Notes under the pieces: model-generated | Database searches by the model: none | Seen by the model: the letters and a program-made list of their open reading frames with translations, nothing else | Told to the model about the DNA's origin: nothing | From: a virus | Taxonomy: Duplodnaviria; Heunggongvirae; Uroviricota; Caudoviricetes | Reading direction: 5' to 3' (one strand) | DNA length: 25,928 nucleotides | IMG/VR virus record: IMGVR_UViG_2579778694_000005 | In this document: one piece after another, positions 9,374-17,852 of the stretch | Layout of the letters: the number at the start of each line of letters is the position of its first letter | Numbering within the stretch: the first letter of the stretch is position 1 | Position numbers and translations under genes: made by a program

Positions 9374-10038
9374 TATTCTTCCTCCAGACTCATGATGTAA
9401 TCTACAAACTCTTCGAACTCGGCTTCTGCCTTCTTATCGCGTTCGGCGCCAGTCATTTCAAAGATAGAACGACCCGCCTCTTCCGCATCGTCATAAACGT
9501 TACGGTTGTACAGGTTAACCGGCGCAGCCTCGATGCCGAATGTCTCGACAATTTCTTTCGCCGCCAGAATACGTGACGCCTGGGAAGGCAGTGACGGACA
9601 CTGGTTCACTACCGCGCGGATCTTCACAGTCTCGTTCACGTTGCGAACGTTGTCGATAATCGGGTCGATATCACGCAGGGATTTCAAATCACGACGCTTA
9701 GGGCGCAGCGGGATAATGATGAAGTCTGCCAGCAGCATCGCTTGTCGCTGAATTTCGGAGTCAAAACCACCCGCATCAATGACGACGTAATCGTAGCGTC
9801 CCTTCAGCGATTTGATGTGTTTGACGATGTCGTCCTGAACGTATGCGAACGGGATTAGCTCAAGATCTTCGTTCTGGCGACGGTCTTCACACCAGCTCGT
9901 TGTGGTGCGCTGAATATCAATGTCGGTGACGTGAGTCTTCTTTTTCTTTTTAACTTTGAGGCATACCGCAATTTGCTGGGCAACGGTAGATTTGCCTGGG
10001 CCGCCTTTTGTGCCGCCAACCACAATGATCCTGGTCAT
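9373..10038 (-). CDS. parA: ParA-family partition ATPase (short, type Ib)
   Basis: 221 aa. Deviant Walker A KGGPGKST, DIDIQ, Walker B VVIDAGG, and ADFIIIP. Confidence 0.93.
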   Translation of the reverse strand: MTRIIVVGGTKGGPGKSTVAQQIAVCLKVKKKKKTHVTDIDIQRTTTSWCEDRRQNEDLELIPFAYVQDDIVKHIKSLKGRYDYVVIDAGGFDSEIQRQAMLLADFIIIPLRPKRRDLKSLRDIDPIIDNVRNVNETVKIRAVVNQCPSLPSQASRILAAKEIVETFGIEAAPVNLYNRNVYDDAEEAGRSIFEMTGAERDKKAEAEFEEFVDYIMSLEEE

Positions 10039-10179
10039 TGGTGAGTTCCCTTTGCGTGAATTATTGTCGTATGAAACAACTTGTTTTCTTATATGCGATA
10101 TAGCCTAAATGCCTACGGCTACGGTGTAAAGGTGAAATGATAGGCAGTACGGGTGTTGGCTCACAGGACAAACAATCAG

Positions 10180-10208
10180 TTGAAAGTTTGTTCGATTGGC
10201 TTTATAGT
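10180..10208 (+). promoter_or_regulatory. sigma70 promoter of the toxin-antitoxin operon
   Basis: TTGAAA (10180-10185), 17-bp spacer, TATAGT (10203-10208). Confidence 0.7.
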
Positions 10209-10210
10209 TC

Positions 10211-10233
10211 TTGTACGGAAAGATGCCGTACAA
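10211..10233. promoter_or_regulatory. Antitoxin operator
   Basis: TTGTACGG-N7-CCGTACAA directly after the -10 box. It has the GTAC inverted-repeat layout I recall for AtaR/KacA operators. Confidence 0.7.
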
Positions 10234-10265
10234 AGAGTGGCGTAATCCGTCTACAAAACTAAATG

Positions 10266-10350
10266 CGAAAAACTGAAAATCGAAAAACTGAAAATCGAAA
10301 AACTGAAAATCGAAAAACTGAAAACTGAAAACTGAAAACTGAAAAATCGA
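10266..10350 (+). repeat. Compound tandem repeat tract (15-bp and 7-bp units)
   Basis: CGAAAAACTGAAAAT x3 (10266-10310), CGAAAAACTG, AAAACTG x3 (10321-10341), AAAAATCGA. Confidence 0.95.
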
Positions 10351-10397
10351 CTATAGAGATGCCTCGCGAGTCAAGGCGTGGGGCTAGGAGTACAAGC

Positions 10398-10667
10398 ATG
10401 TCAGCACTGAAAAAACAGCGCATCGATCTCAGATTAACCGACGACGACAAGAGCATGATCGAAGAAGCTGCGGCAATGACCAACCAGACAATTACTCAGT
10501 TTATGGTTGCCAGTGCCTCTGAACGTGCTGCGGAAGTGATAGAGCAACATCGTCGCCTGATTCTTAGCGAAGAGTCATGGAATATAGTGATGGATGCCAT
10601 CAGTAACCCGCCTGCACCGAATGATAGGCTGAAACGAGCTGCCGAGCGTCTACAAAGCATGGAGTAA
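10398..10667 (+). CDS. ataR: DUF1778 RHH antitoxin (AtaR/KacA/TacA type)
   Basis: True start MSALKKQRIDLRLTDDDKSMIEEAAA at 10398 after an AGGAG RBS; 89 aa; closely resembles AtaR/KacA. Confidence 0.92.
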   Translation: MSALKKQRIDLRLTDDDKSMIEEAAAMTNQTITQFMVASASERAAEVIEQHRRLILSEESWNIVMDAISNPPAPNDRLKRAAERLQSME

Positions 10668-10670
10668 GAC

Positions 10671-11195
10671 GTGGCCAACCTGACCATTGAGATGTTTTCA
10701 GAAGAGGCTGTATATGATTTCTCATGCTTCGACTGCGGAGAAACGTCTCTCAATGATTTTCTTAACAATCGCCTCGCCCAGCAACACAGCGGGCGTATAT
10801 TACGCGGATATCTGCTTCTGACGAGAGATCCGATACCGAAAGTGATGGGGTTTTACACGTTGTCCGGGAGCTGCTTTGCAAGAAACACGCTTCCTTCCAA
10901 CACTCAACAGCGTAAAGTCCCCTATTCCGACGCCCCAAGCGTTACGCTCGGTCGTCTGGCAATAGACAAAAGTATCCAGCGACAAGGGTATGGGGAAACG
11001 CTGGTGGCACATGCGATGAAAGTGGTATACCGGGCTTCCCTGGCCGTTGGGATCTACGCTTTGTTTGTTGACGCCAAAAATGAGAATGCGATGCGGTTTT
11101 ATAAGCAGTTAGGCTTTACCCCTCTTACGGGTGATAACGCCAATTCGCTGTTCTATCCCACAAAAGGCATTGAGAAGTTGTTTGGTGGAAAATAA
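10671..11195 (+). CDS. ataT: GNAT tRNA-acetylating toxin (AtaT/KacT type)
   Basis: FDCGE..LN.FL, GFYTLSG, SVTLGRLAID, QRQGYG acetyl-CoA loop and A.RFY..LGF; starts 3 nt after the antitoxin stop. Confidence 0.92.
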   Translation: MANLTIEMFSEEAVYDFSCFDCGETSLNDFLNNRLAQQHSGRILRGYLLLTRDPIPKVMGFYTLSGSCFARNTLPSNTQQRKVPYSDAPSVTLGRLAIDKSIQRQGYGETLVAHAMKVVYRASLAVGIYALFVDAKNENAMRFYKQLGFTPLTGDNANSLFYPTKGIEKLFGGK

Positions 11196-11224
11196 AGAAG
11201 CCCCTCGATTGAGGGGCTGTTTTA
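11194..11224. terminator. Bidirectional terminator between the toxin and the lysis cassette
   Basis: AGCCCCTC-GATT-GAGGGGCT (11199-11218) with a T-run on the right and an A-rich run on the left. Confidence 0.75.
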
Positions 11225-11446
11225 ATTCAAGGCTTGTCTGTCCTGCCAGTTGCACAATCGCTCTCCCATCGTGTTATGGAAGAGGATCTCGCGTTCCGTC
11301 TCTTCGGTCATAAAGTCGTCGTTACTGACATAAATAGGGTTTGCTGCATCGCAGAACAGCACGCCGGAAGTCTGTGTCTTAATCACGCAGCCACTTATCA
11401 TGCAGCTCGCGATGAACAGCAGAAGCATCTTTCCGCCGCACTTCAT
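11222..11446 (-). CDS. Outer-membrane lipoprotein, o-spanin (Rz1-like)
   Basis: MKCGGKMLLLFIASCMISG-C signal peptide and lipobox; overlaps the 3' end of the i-spanin; last gene of the lysis cassette. Start could be 11458, 11446 or 11428. Confidence 0.7.
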   Translation of the reverse strand: MKCGGKMLLLFIASCMISGCVIKTQTSGVLFCDAANPIYVSNDDFMTEETEREILFHNTMGERLCNWQDRQALN

Positions 11447-11630
11447 TAAGTGTCTCATTTTTGACGTCCACTGTGCTTTGAAGCCTTTTCCTGTCCTCCT
11501 GTCTGGCCTTCTCTTCGATTGCTTGCCGGGCCGCACGACCTCCCATCGTATAAGCACCGACAAGCACGAAAAGAACGGCAGCCAGAGTCATCAGAGCAAA
11601 CTTCAGCTTTGAAAATAGGCTGCCGGTCAT
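11379..11630 (-). CDS. Inner-membrane i-spanin (Rz-like)
   Basis: 83 aa from ATG 11630; N-terminal TM (FALMTLAAVLFVLVGAYTM) then a charged helical tail; follows the endolysin. Confidence 0.7.
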   Translation of the reverse strand: MTGSLFSKLKFALMTLAAVLFVLVGAYTMGGRAARQAIEEKARQEDRKRLQSTVDVKNETLNEVRRKDASAVHRELHDKWLRD

Positions 11631-11631
11631 A

Positions 11632-12324
11632 TCAGACCATCCCGTTCTGGTGTTTTCGCACCTGTGACCAGGCGATAAAGCCAGCCACCACAATGGTCGC
11701 GATACCGAAGATGATCCGAACCGTATCACCACTGGTGATGTGTCCCTGCGCCTTGTCCATTGCCGCAGAGACCTGTGGCATGACGTCGGCCAGCTGTGCC
11801 AGACCAATTCCCGCCGTAACGGTCGCACCGGCAGTTTCTTTGGTTACAGGAACAGCCTTCACGGTTTTCACCGGCTTAACGACACCAGCGCGACGCAGAC
11901 CTTCCTCAATAACTTCTGCCGCATACCAGGTGTTCGGCGTTTTGAGCGGGCCACGGCCATTTTCATGACGGATAATCGCCTCCACCAGCGGACGCAGAGT
12001 GTCGTAGTCGTGCAGATCGATAATCATGTCCGGGGTCACGCCAACGGCTTTAGATACCTCGTTCACGTAAGCTACGGTGTTGTTTTCATGCGGAGGCGCC
12101 CAGCGTTCGATGACTTCGCGGATCGTATCGATGCTGGAGCCATCCTTCGCGCGGCGCTTGTCGTGGTAGGTAATGAGCGTTACTGCCAGCGCCCGAATCC
12201 CCCATACGGGATCTTTGAACGTGCAGAAACGCGGTTCGGCAGGGTTGTCAATTAACCCCTGCCACGGCGAACCTTTGTCGAGGTTGCCAGGGTTGTTATT
12301 ACGAATGCCTCTCGGAGTTTTCAT
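11632..12324 (-). CDS. Putative endolysin (NNNPGN lysozyme-like family) with a hydrophobic C-terminus
   Basis: Start MKTPRGIRNNNPGNL at 12324. RFCTF..PVWGIRAL, TI..VI.RWAP..ENNT..Y and AII.HENG motifs. Sits between the holin-like and spanin genes. Confidence 0.7.
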   Translation of the reverse strand: MKTPRGIRNNNPGNLDKGSPWQGLIDNPAEPRFCTFKDPVWGIRALAVTLITYHDKRRAKDGSSIDTIREVIERWAPPHENNTVAYVNEVSKAVGVTPDMIIDLHDYDTLRPLVEAIIRHENGRGPLKTPNTWYAAEVIEEGLRRAGVVKPVKTVKAVPVTKETAGATVTAGIGLAQLADVMPQVSAAMDKAQGHITSGDTVRIIFGIATIVVAGFIAWSQVRKHQNGMV

Positions 12325-12337
12325 CCTTGATCTCCTG

Positions 12338-12661
12338 TTATTGCAGTCCATTCTTCACGCCATAAGCGGCCAGACCCAGCAGCAGCGCGGTAATCAGGAA
12401 CGACGTTATCTTTGAGATAATGCCGCCAAAGAACCCGCTGGAGATGGCGTCTAGCCGATTAAGTAGTTTGTCCAGGTTGGAGTGCTGAATGCTGTGTTGC
12501 GAAGGCGTCATATCGCCAAAGTAGGTTTTGAGCTGGTCGTTGACCTCCTGGCCAATTTCCTCACGTAACTCCTTACCTAATTTGCCGACAACTTCACGCG
12601 CAACGATAGCGGCAATGCGCTCTACCTGCTCTGGCGTTACGCCTGCCATCTCGTTCGACAT
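12338..12661 (-). CDS. Small membrane protein, putative holin
   Basis: 107 aa from ATG 12661 (GGAGG RBS). C-terminal hydrophobic segment FFGGIISKITSFLITALLLGLAAYGV; first gene of the lysis cassette. Confidence 0.55.
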   Translation of the reverse strand: MSNEMAGVTPEQVERIAAIVAREVVGKLGKELREEIGQEVNDQLKTYFGDMTPSQHSIQHSNLDKLLNRLDAISSGFFGGIISKITSFLITALLLGLAAYGVKNGLQ

Positions 12662-12697
12662 TATTTCCTCCATGAATCGTCAAATCGGGATGGCTGT

Positions 12698-12706
12698 TTT
12701 ATACCA
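12698..12706 (-). promoter_or_regulatory. Extended -10 element upstream of the lysis cassette
   Basis: Minus strand TG-G-TATAAA; no good -35, whose position is overlapped by palindromic box copy 3. Confidence 0.45.
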
Positions 12707-12723
12707 CAAATCACCCTTACATG

Positions 12724-12743
12724 GTAGGTAAGTACTTACACAC
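12724..12743. promoter_or_regulatory. 20-bp palindromic box, copy 3
   Basis: GTAGGTAAGTACTTACACAC, 15/20 to consensus, with a perfect 12-bp core GTAAGTACTTAC (12728-12739) overlapping the gp38 stop. Confidence 0.65.
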
Positions 12744-13524
12744 GAGCACCATAAATTGCACCGACTTTAGTCCATGTAGGCGCGTTCCCCGTGACAGCCT
12801 TACCCGCCGCGCCCCCTCCGTACATTGTCCCCAATCGTCCAGTAGCAGCCGCACCAGCAGCCCCCACATTACCTCCACTGCCGCATGTGTATTGAACAGC
12901 GGTAGAGCCGATCAAATATTGAGCACCAATCCCGGGAGCGGTTAGAGTGCCAGAAGTTGCCGCACGCGAAGTTGAAGCTGGCGGCCTTGTAGTGTTTGCA
13001 ACACCAAACGGGCGACCGCCACCACCCATACCACCATCGGCTGAGTTACCGCCGCCACCACCACCGCCACCGGCAATAGCGCCGTTATTGGTTATTCTTA
13101 AACGAGTCCCAATCCCGTTGTTAATAGCAGTGCCACCGGCAGCACCGCCACCTTTAACGCCACCATTACCCCCACGACCATAGACAGTTACACCTGCGTT
13201 GATTACCAGGCTGATATAAGAGTTGGTAAGCGAACTCGGGAAATCTAAACATGGCACGCCGCTGCTGGACGACACCAGATCCCCTGTAATGGTAACAACG
13301 ACTGGCGTCGCCCCCTGGGATTTTAAATAGTTGATCAGTGTGTCTTTGTTGTAGTTATGATTCGCACCGATGCTGTAATGAATTTCCTTAGAACGACCTG
13401 CTAACTGAGACATATTCCCAGCAGCAGACAATTGCACCGCCGTTCGAGCTGCACTCATCCATCTCTGGCCTGTCACACTGACAGCCGAAGACCCAATCCA
13501 ACCGGGAACACCGACAATTGGCAC
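12736..13524 (-). CDS. T-even gp38-type tail fibre tip adhesin (T2/S16 class)
   Basis: True start GTG 13524 (AAGGAG RBS), 262 aa. PIVGVPGWIGSSAV..TGQRWM N-terminus, GRSKEI, glycine-rich motifs GRGGNGG, IAGGGGGGGG, GGGGRPFG and GGGAAG, and the W..VG.I.G C-terminus. Confidence 0.9.
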   Translation of the reverse strand: MPIVGVPGWIGSSAVSVTGQRWMSAARTAVQLSAAGNMSQLAGRSKEIHYSIGANHNYNKDTLINYLKSQGATPVVVTITGDLVSSSSGVPCLDFPSSLTNSYISLVINAGVTVYGRGGNGGVKGGGAAGGTAINNGIGTRLRITNNGAIAGGGGGGGGNSADGGMGGGGRPFGVANTTRPPASTSRAATSGTLTAPGIGAQYLIGSTAVQYTCGSGGNVGAAGAAATGRLGTMYGGGAAGKAVTGNAPTWTKVGAIYGARV

Positions 13525-13590
13525 ATCTAATCTCCTTTTTGATGTGAATATCCTGAATTGGTGAGGGTGGCCCCTCACCATTCACCTTGA

Positions 13591-16500
13591 TTACATTTTT
13601 GCCTTCAGTTCGCGCACTTCCTCGCGCAGCTCTTTGACAGCCTCGACCAACATGCCGATAACGCCGTTGTAGTTAAGACGCAGACGAGGCTCTCCTGACT
13701 GATCGTTATGGTCAACCGTTACCAGTTCAGGCTGAACATTCTGGACGTCCTGAGCGATGAGGCCGCCAGACTGCTCATACCGGTCACAGACCTGAATCTC
13801 GTACAGAACACCTTCGATCCGATCCAGCTTGTCGAGCGCTCGTTCAATCTTGCGAATATTGCGTTTGCTACGACGGTCAGAGCGGATATAAACGTCATTA
13901 AAGCTGCCATTACCGCCACAAACCCAAGTACCATCATTCTGGAGGTATGCGTTCGCATCCGTGCCGTTTGCGGTACGTGAGTTGTTGATCATGTAAAAAC
14001 CAAACTGACTGTTTCCCAAGCCACCCAAGAAGAATTTGCGATCCGCGTGGTCTTGTCTCAACAACGCTTGTGCAGAGCTTGTACTTACAGCGTTCCTCCC
14101 GAAGATGACGTTCTGGTTACGCATATCTATCCACGCGCCAGAGCCGCTGTTGATGGAAAAACGGTTGGCGTAAACCCACGCACTTGACGTGATGTCACCC
14201 GTTACACTCAACGGCTTAAGGCTTTGCAGCGTGCTATTAACGAACCTAAAAACATGGGCGCTATTGGCGTAAACATCCAGAATGCCATCTCCGTTCTGTT
14301 TAAAGCCGGTGTCATTGTCACCCAGAACAATGGAATTACCGCCAAGACCATTGACCACACCCAGCCCAAGACCACCGTTAACAACAGCACCATTGCCCAT
14401 TGTTACTCTGCCATTAGTGAGATCTACATAAAATGGACGAAGCGAACCTATATCACCATTTTCTCCCTGGTCTTTTGCTGTCGGGATAAGGTAAAAATTA
14501 TTTTCGGAACGGCGAAAAATCATCCCGTATGCCGCATCGTAAATGCGTAACCCATCCGTAGAGCGGATCTTAAGCTGTCCGGACATCGTACCGCCGCTGT
14601 TTTTCATAAATAGCGCATCAATCCAGCCTGCAAATCCCGACTTATTAATGTATAAATTTCCATCATTTGCCAGAATGCCTCCACCTTGCGTCTTGAGGGG
14701 CTGACTCACATTTTGCAGCGTCAGCACACCAGTCATTGTTCCGCCAGAAATCGGTAACGCACCGACATCAGCCGCAGTGGGTTTGAGAGCAGTGTTGTAA
14801 TCTCTGCGCCAGGCAGGGGCATACGCGCTACCGTGATTAATATAGGTGAACTGAGCACAGGCAATCCCACCACCGGTAGTCGTTGTAGGCGTAGTAACTC
14901 GGATGGTCATTGCGCCTTCGGTACCTAAAACCTCGATAACCGCACCAGCAAGGCAGATATTGCCGACACCTGTATCAGTGATAATTTTATTGTCGGCATA
15001 TGACCAGGAACCCTTCATCATCCAGTACGGCACTTCGAAAGCACCACGCGCCTTCAGCCATGCGATAAATTCAGCGGTAGTCCAATTACCAGCCCCTGTG
15101 CTGTACGACGCGCTAAATGCTTGCGCGGCCCCAACGTCTTTCGCTGTGGGTTTGTGTGCTGTGGTGTAAACCTGTGCCCAACCAGACCAGTTTGCGTCAC
15201 CGGCATCACGTCGAGATCGCACATATACCGGGGCATGAGCACCGCTTGTTCCACTCCAACCAACTAAAAGTTCACCCTCACCAGACGCATAAGCACCTTT
15301 CAAGTGAATAACGTTGCCGTAAGCCGTTGGATAGCTATTGTTATAGGCTTCATACATCTGAATGCCAGGCATGGCCCCTTGAGTGTTCGAAGCCAGCGCA
15401 TTAACTCGCCCGCGGGAAACCAACGTCGGGATAGTAATGTTGGCAGAGCCATCGAACATTACGCTGTTGATTGTCCGCGGTGTTTGCAGTTTGGTTGCAG
15501 TAGCGGCATTACCAGTGGTGTTCTGATCACCCTGAATATTCACACCTGGCAGGTTGATATCAGTCGAACCGTCAAATCTCACCCCACCGATATAACGAGC
15601 GGTTTGAAGCACGGTAGCGGTACTTGCGTTACCCACCAGCGAACCGGTAATGGAGCCATCCTGATCAGAAATGACGCGATGGTAGACAGTCCCCTCTACA
15701 GCGTCTTCAGGCAGCGTATCCACAACCTCCAGTACTTCCAGAGTTTCGACCACAGCACCGGCAGATTGCAGGTTGACGACCAGCTTCTGAGAGCCAGCGC
15801 CAGCTTTGATGTAAATGTCGTAGTTATCATCAGCCGTGTTCACGGTAGCTACAGACAGCACAGCCGAATCCATAGTGCGATAAGCGACCGCATTCACCGA
15901 TTTCGGATCGCCTGCAGCAGTTCGCAGCACGATATCGGCCATTGCAGCAAGCGCTGGCTGCCCGGCTTCGTACCCTGCCCCGCCGATCACTTCGATGTAT
16001 ACGGTGCTGGTCGACTGTGGCATACGTGCCGTGGACACTTTCACCCACTTCGGCGCGTCGGTAGCCATGTCCATTTCAGCCGAAGTCCCTTTCCATTTCA
16101 CACTGGCAACACTGGCCTGGGCGTTCTGGGCGTACTCATAAGCCTTCGTTTCTGATTCTTTGGCATTCAGTTCAGAAGTTTTCGCCCCGGCAGCCGCATC
16201 GGTCGCCTCAGTTGCTTTCGTGGATGCCAGAGCAGCAGAATCAGAGGCTTCTTTGGCTTTAGCTTCAGCCACTGCCATCGCTTCGGTCGCAGTCGTTGCG
16301 GAAGCAGCAGCCTCACCTGCGGATTTGGCAGCAGCTGTTGCAGATCCTTCAGCGGCGGTCTCAGCAGACTTCGCGTTGGTTTCAGAGGTTTTGGCGGCTG
16401 CGGCAGATGCCTCAGAAGCTGTCGCCTGTTCACTGGCAACGTTGGCCTTCTCTGTTGCAGTTGTGGCCGAATCGGCAGCCGCAGTAGCTGATTTGCTCGC

Positions 16501-17772
16501 AGCATCAGCACTGCCAGCTGCGGCAGCGGCACTTTCCCCTGCGTGGGCTTCTGAGTTCTGGGCAGCCGCTTTTGATGCTTCGGCAGCCGTTGCGCTCTCC
16601 GATGCAGCTGTCTCGGACGCCTTTGCATTGGTCTCCGAAGTTTTTGCCTTCTCTTCGCTGGACGCAGCCGCGTTTTGACTCGCTAAAGCGGCGTCAGCAG
16701 ACTCACCTGCAGCGGTGGCGCTTTCGGAAGCGGCGTTCGCGCTGGATGCGGCAGCTGACTCGCTGGCAGCAGCAGCCTTCTGTGATGCGTCGGCGTTGGT
16801 TTCTGACGTTTTGGCAGCCGCAGCACTTGCCGCCGACTCACCGGCGCTCGAAGCAGCATGGGTTTCTGATTCCTTAGCCGCATTTTTTGAGGCCAGCGCA
16901 TCAGCTGCACTGCCAGCGGCGGCCTGCTCTGAGGCAGAGGCATTGGTTTCAGAGGTTTTGGCAGCAGCAGCAGAGTCAGACGAGGCAGACGCCGAAGCAG
17001 AGGCTTCGGACGCGCTGGTCGCAGCCTGAGTTTCAGATGCTTTCGCCGCATCTTTGGATGCCGCGGCACTCGTGGCTGATTCTCCCGCTTCAGTCGCTTT
17101 GGTAGACGCTGTCGCGGCAGACGCAGCAGCATCTACCTTGAAGCTCTCAGCATTGGTTTCAGACGTTTTTGCGGCGGAAGCGCTTGCACCGGCAGCGTTT
17201 TCTGATGCAGCAGCTGCGGCAGCACTCTGGCTTGCTTCGGTGGCTTTGGTAGACGCTGTATTGGCGCTTTCCGCAGCGGCCGCGGCACTGGCAGCAGCTT
17301 CCCTGGCCTTGTCGCCAGCGGCATTGATAACGTCGGCGTTATCCGTATACCATTTCTGGTTTGCGTTATGCTCATTGACGATCTGCGTCAGCGACTTCAC
17401 GGTCACTTCCGTACCGTCTTCACGCTCAAGCGTTACCTCATCAACTGCCGTCAACCAGCTGCGCATCGTCTTCGAGTCGGCTGACATTCGGGTCATGAGC
17501 GCGGTAAAGCGTGCGCTGAACTGCGTTAAGTCGCCTTCATAGGTTGTGATGATGCGGCACGGAACGTCCGTCTGGGTCTCGCCCGTGTACGGCTCCGCGA
17601 GAATCAGGCTTGTGTCGCTGATTACGCGCTTAATTTCGTACAATTTGTTGTCAGGGCCGATGACGATCATGCCCGGCAGAACGCCGTTGGCGGTCACATT
17701 CCAGTACGTGCCAGTGCCAGAAAGTGCGTCACTTCCCTGTGTAAATGTGATAGTACCTTCCCTGTACCACAT
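13591..17772 (-). CDS. Long (side) tail fibre, mosaic, with a C-terminal intramolecular chaperone (peptidase S74)
   Basis: True start MWYREGTITFT at 17772 (AAGGAG RBS), 1393 aa. Ala/Ser-rich coiled coil, Mu/P2/P1-type fibre modules, gp37-like GDNDTG and LRPF motifs, FNDVYIR-SDRRSK autocleavage motif and GLIAQDVQ. Confidence 0.92.
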   Translation of the reverse strand: MWYREGTITFTQGSDALSGTGTYWNVTANGVLPGMIVIGPDNKLYEIKRVISDTSLILAEPYTGETQTDVPCRIITTYEGDLTQFSARFTALMTRMSADSKTMRSWLTAVDEVTLEREDGTEVTVKSLTQIVNEHNANQKWYTDNADVINAAGDKAREAAASAAAAAESANTASTKATEASQSAAAAAASENAAGASASAAKTSETNAESFKVDAAASAATASTKATEAGESATSAAASKDAAKASETQAATSASEASASASASSDSAAAAKTSETNASASEQAAAGSAADALASKNAAKESETHAASSAGESAASAAAAKTSETNADASQKAAAASESAAASSANAASESATAAGESADAALASQNAAASSEEKAKTSETNAKASETAASESATAAEASKAAAQNSEAHAGESAAAAAGSADAASKSATAAADSATTATEKANVASEQATASEASAAAAKTSETNAKSAETAAEGSATAAAKSAGEAAASATTATEAMAVAEAKAKEASDSAALASTKATEATDAAAGAKTSELNAKESETKAYEYAQNAQASVASVKWKGTSAEMDMATDAPKWVKVSTARMPQSTSTVYIEVIGGAGYEAGQPALAAMADIVLRTAAGDPKSVNAVAYRTMDSAVLSVATVNTADDNYDIYIKAGAGSQKLVVNLQSAGAVVETLEVLEVVDTLPEDAVEGTVYHRVISDQDGSITGSLVGNASTATVLQTARYIGGVRFDGSTDINLPGVNIQGDQNTTGNAATATKLQTPRTINSVMFDGSANITIPTLVSRGRVNALASNTQGAMPGIQMYEAYNNSYPTAYGNVIHLKGAYASGEGELLVGWSGTSGAHAPVYVRSRRDAGDANWSGWAQVYTTAHKPTAKDVGAAQAFSASYSTGAGNWTTAEFIAWLKARGAFEVPYWMMKGSWSYADNKIITDTGVGNICLAGAVIEVLGTEGAMTIRVTTPTTTTGGGIACAQFTYINHGSAYAPAWRRDYNTALKPTAADVGALPISGGTMTGVLTLQNVSQPLKTQGGGILANDGNLYINKSGFAGWIDALFMKNSGGTMSGQLKIRSTDGLRIYDAAYGMIFRRSENNFYLIPTAKDQGENGDIGSLRPFYVDLTNGRVTMGNGAVVNGGLGLGVVNGLGGNSIVLGDNDTGFKQNGDGILDVYANSAHVFRFVNSTLQSLKPLSVTGDITSSAWVYANRFSINSGSGAWIDMRNQNVIFGRNAVSTSSAQALLRQDHADRKFFLGGLGNSQFGFYMINNSRTANGTDANAYLQNDGTWVCGGNGSFNDVYIRSDRRSKRNIRKIERALDKLDRIEGVLYEIQVCDRYEQSGGLIAQDVQNVQPELVTVDHNDQSGEPRLRLNYNGVIGMLVEAVKELREEVRELKAKM
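16140..17310 (-). repeat. Ala/Ser-rich coding repeats (AKTSETNA-type) in the fibre
   Basis: Many SETNA/SETHA/SETQA units with heptad-multiple spacing, as in lambda Stf-like fibres. Boundaries approximate. Confidence 0.85.
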
Positions 17773-17808
17773 ATTCTCTCCTTGAAAAGACGGGCATCCA
17801 TGCCCGCC

Positions 17809-17828
17809 ATAAGTAAGTACATACTTAT
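17809..17828. promoter_or_regulatory. 20-bp palindromic box, copy 4
   Basis: ATAAGTAAGTACATACTTAT, 19/20 to consensus, 36 bp upstream of the fibre ATG. Confidence 0.75.
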
Positions 17829-17852
17829 TTTTACCGATGTAAAGATGGATGT

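Noticed and set aside
10266-10350. Possible CRISPR array
   Set aside because: Units are directly tandem (15 and 7 bp) with no unique spacers, and there are no cas genes.
15304-17542. Plus-strand and alternate-frame ORFs over the tail fibre (e.g. 15304-16155, 16160-16678, 17054-17542)
   Set aside because: Shadow frames of the Ala/Ser-rich repeat coding sequence; no RBS or family motifs.
13591-17772. Invertible tail-fibre cassette (Hin/Gin/Cin shufflon)
   Set aside because: No invertase next to the fibre, no inverted alternative fibre ends and no convincing hix/gix/cix-type site seen. The only serine recombinase is the transposon resolvase.
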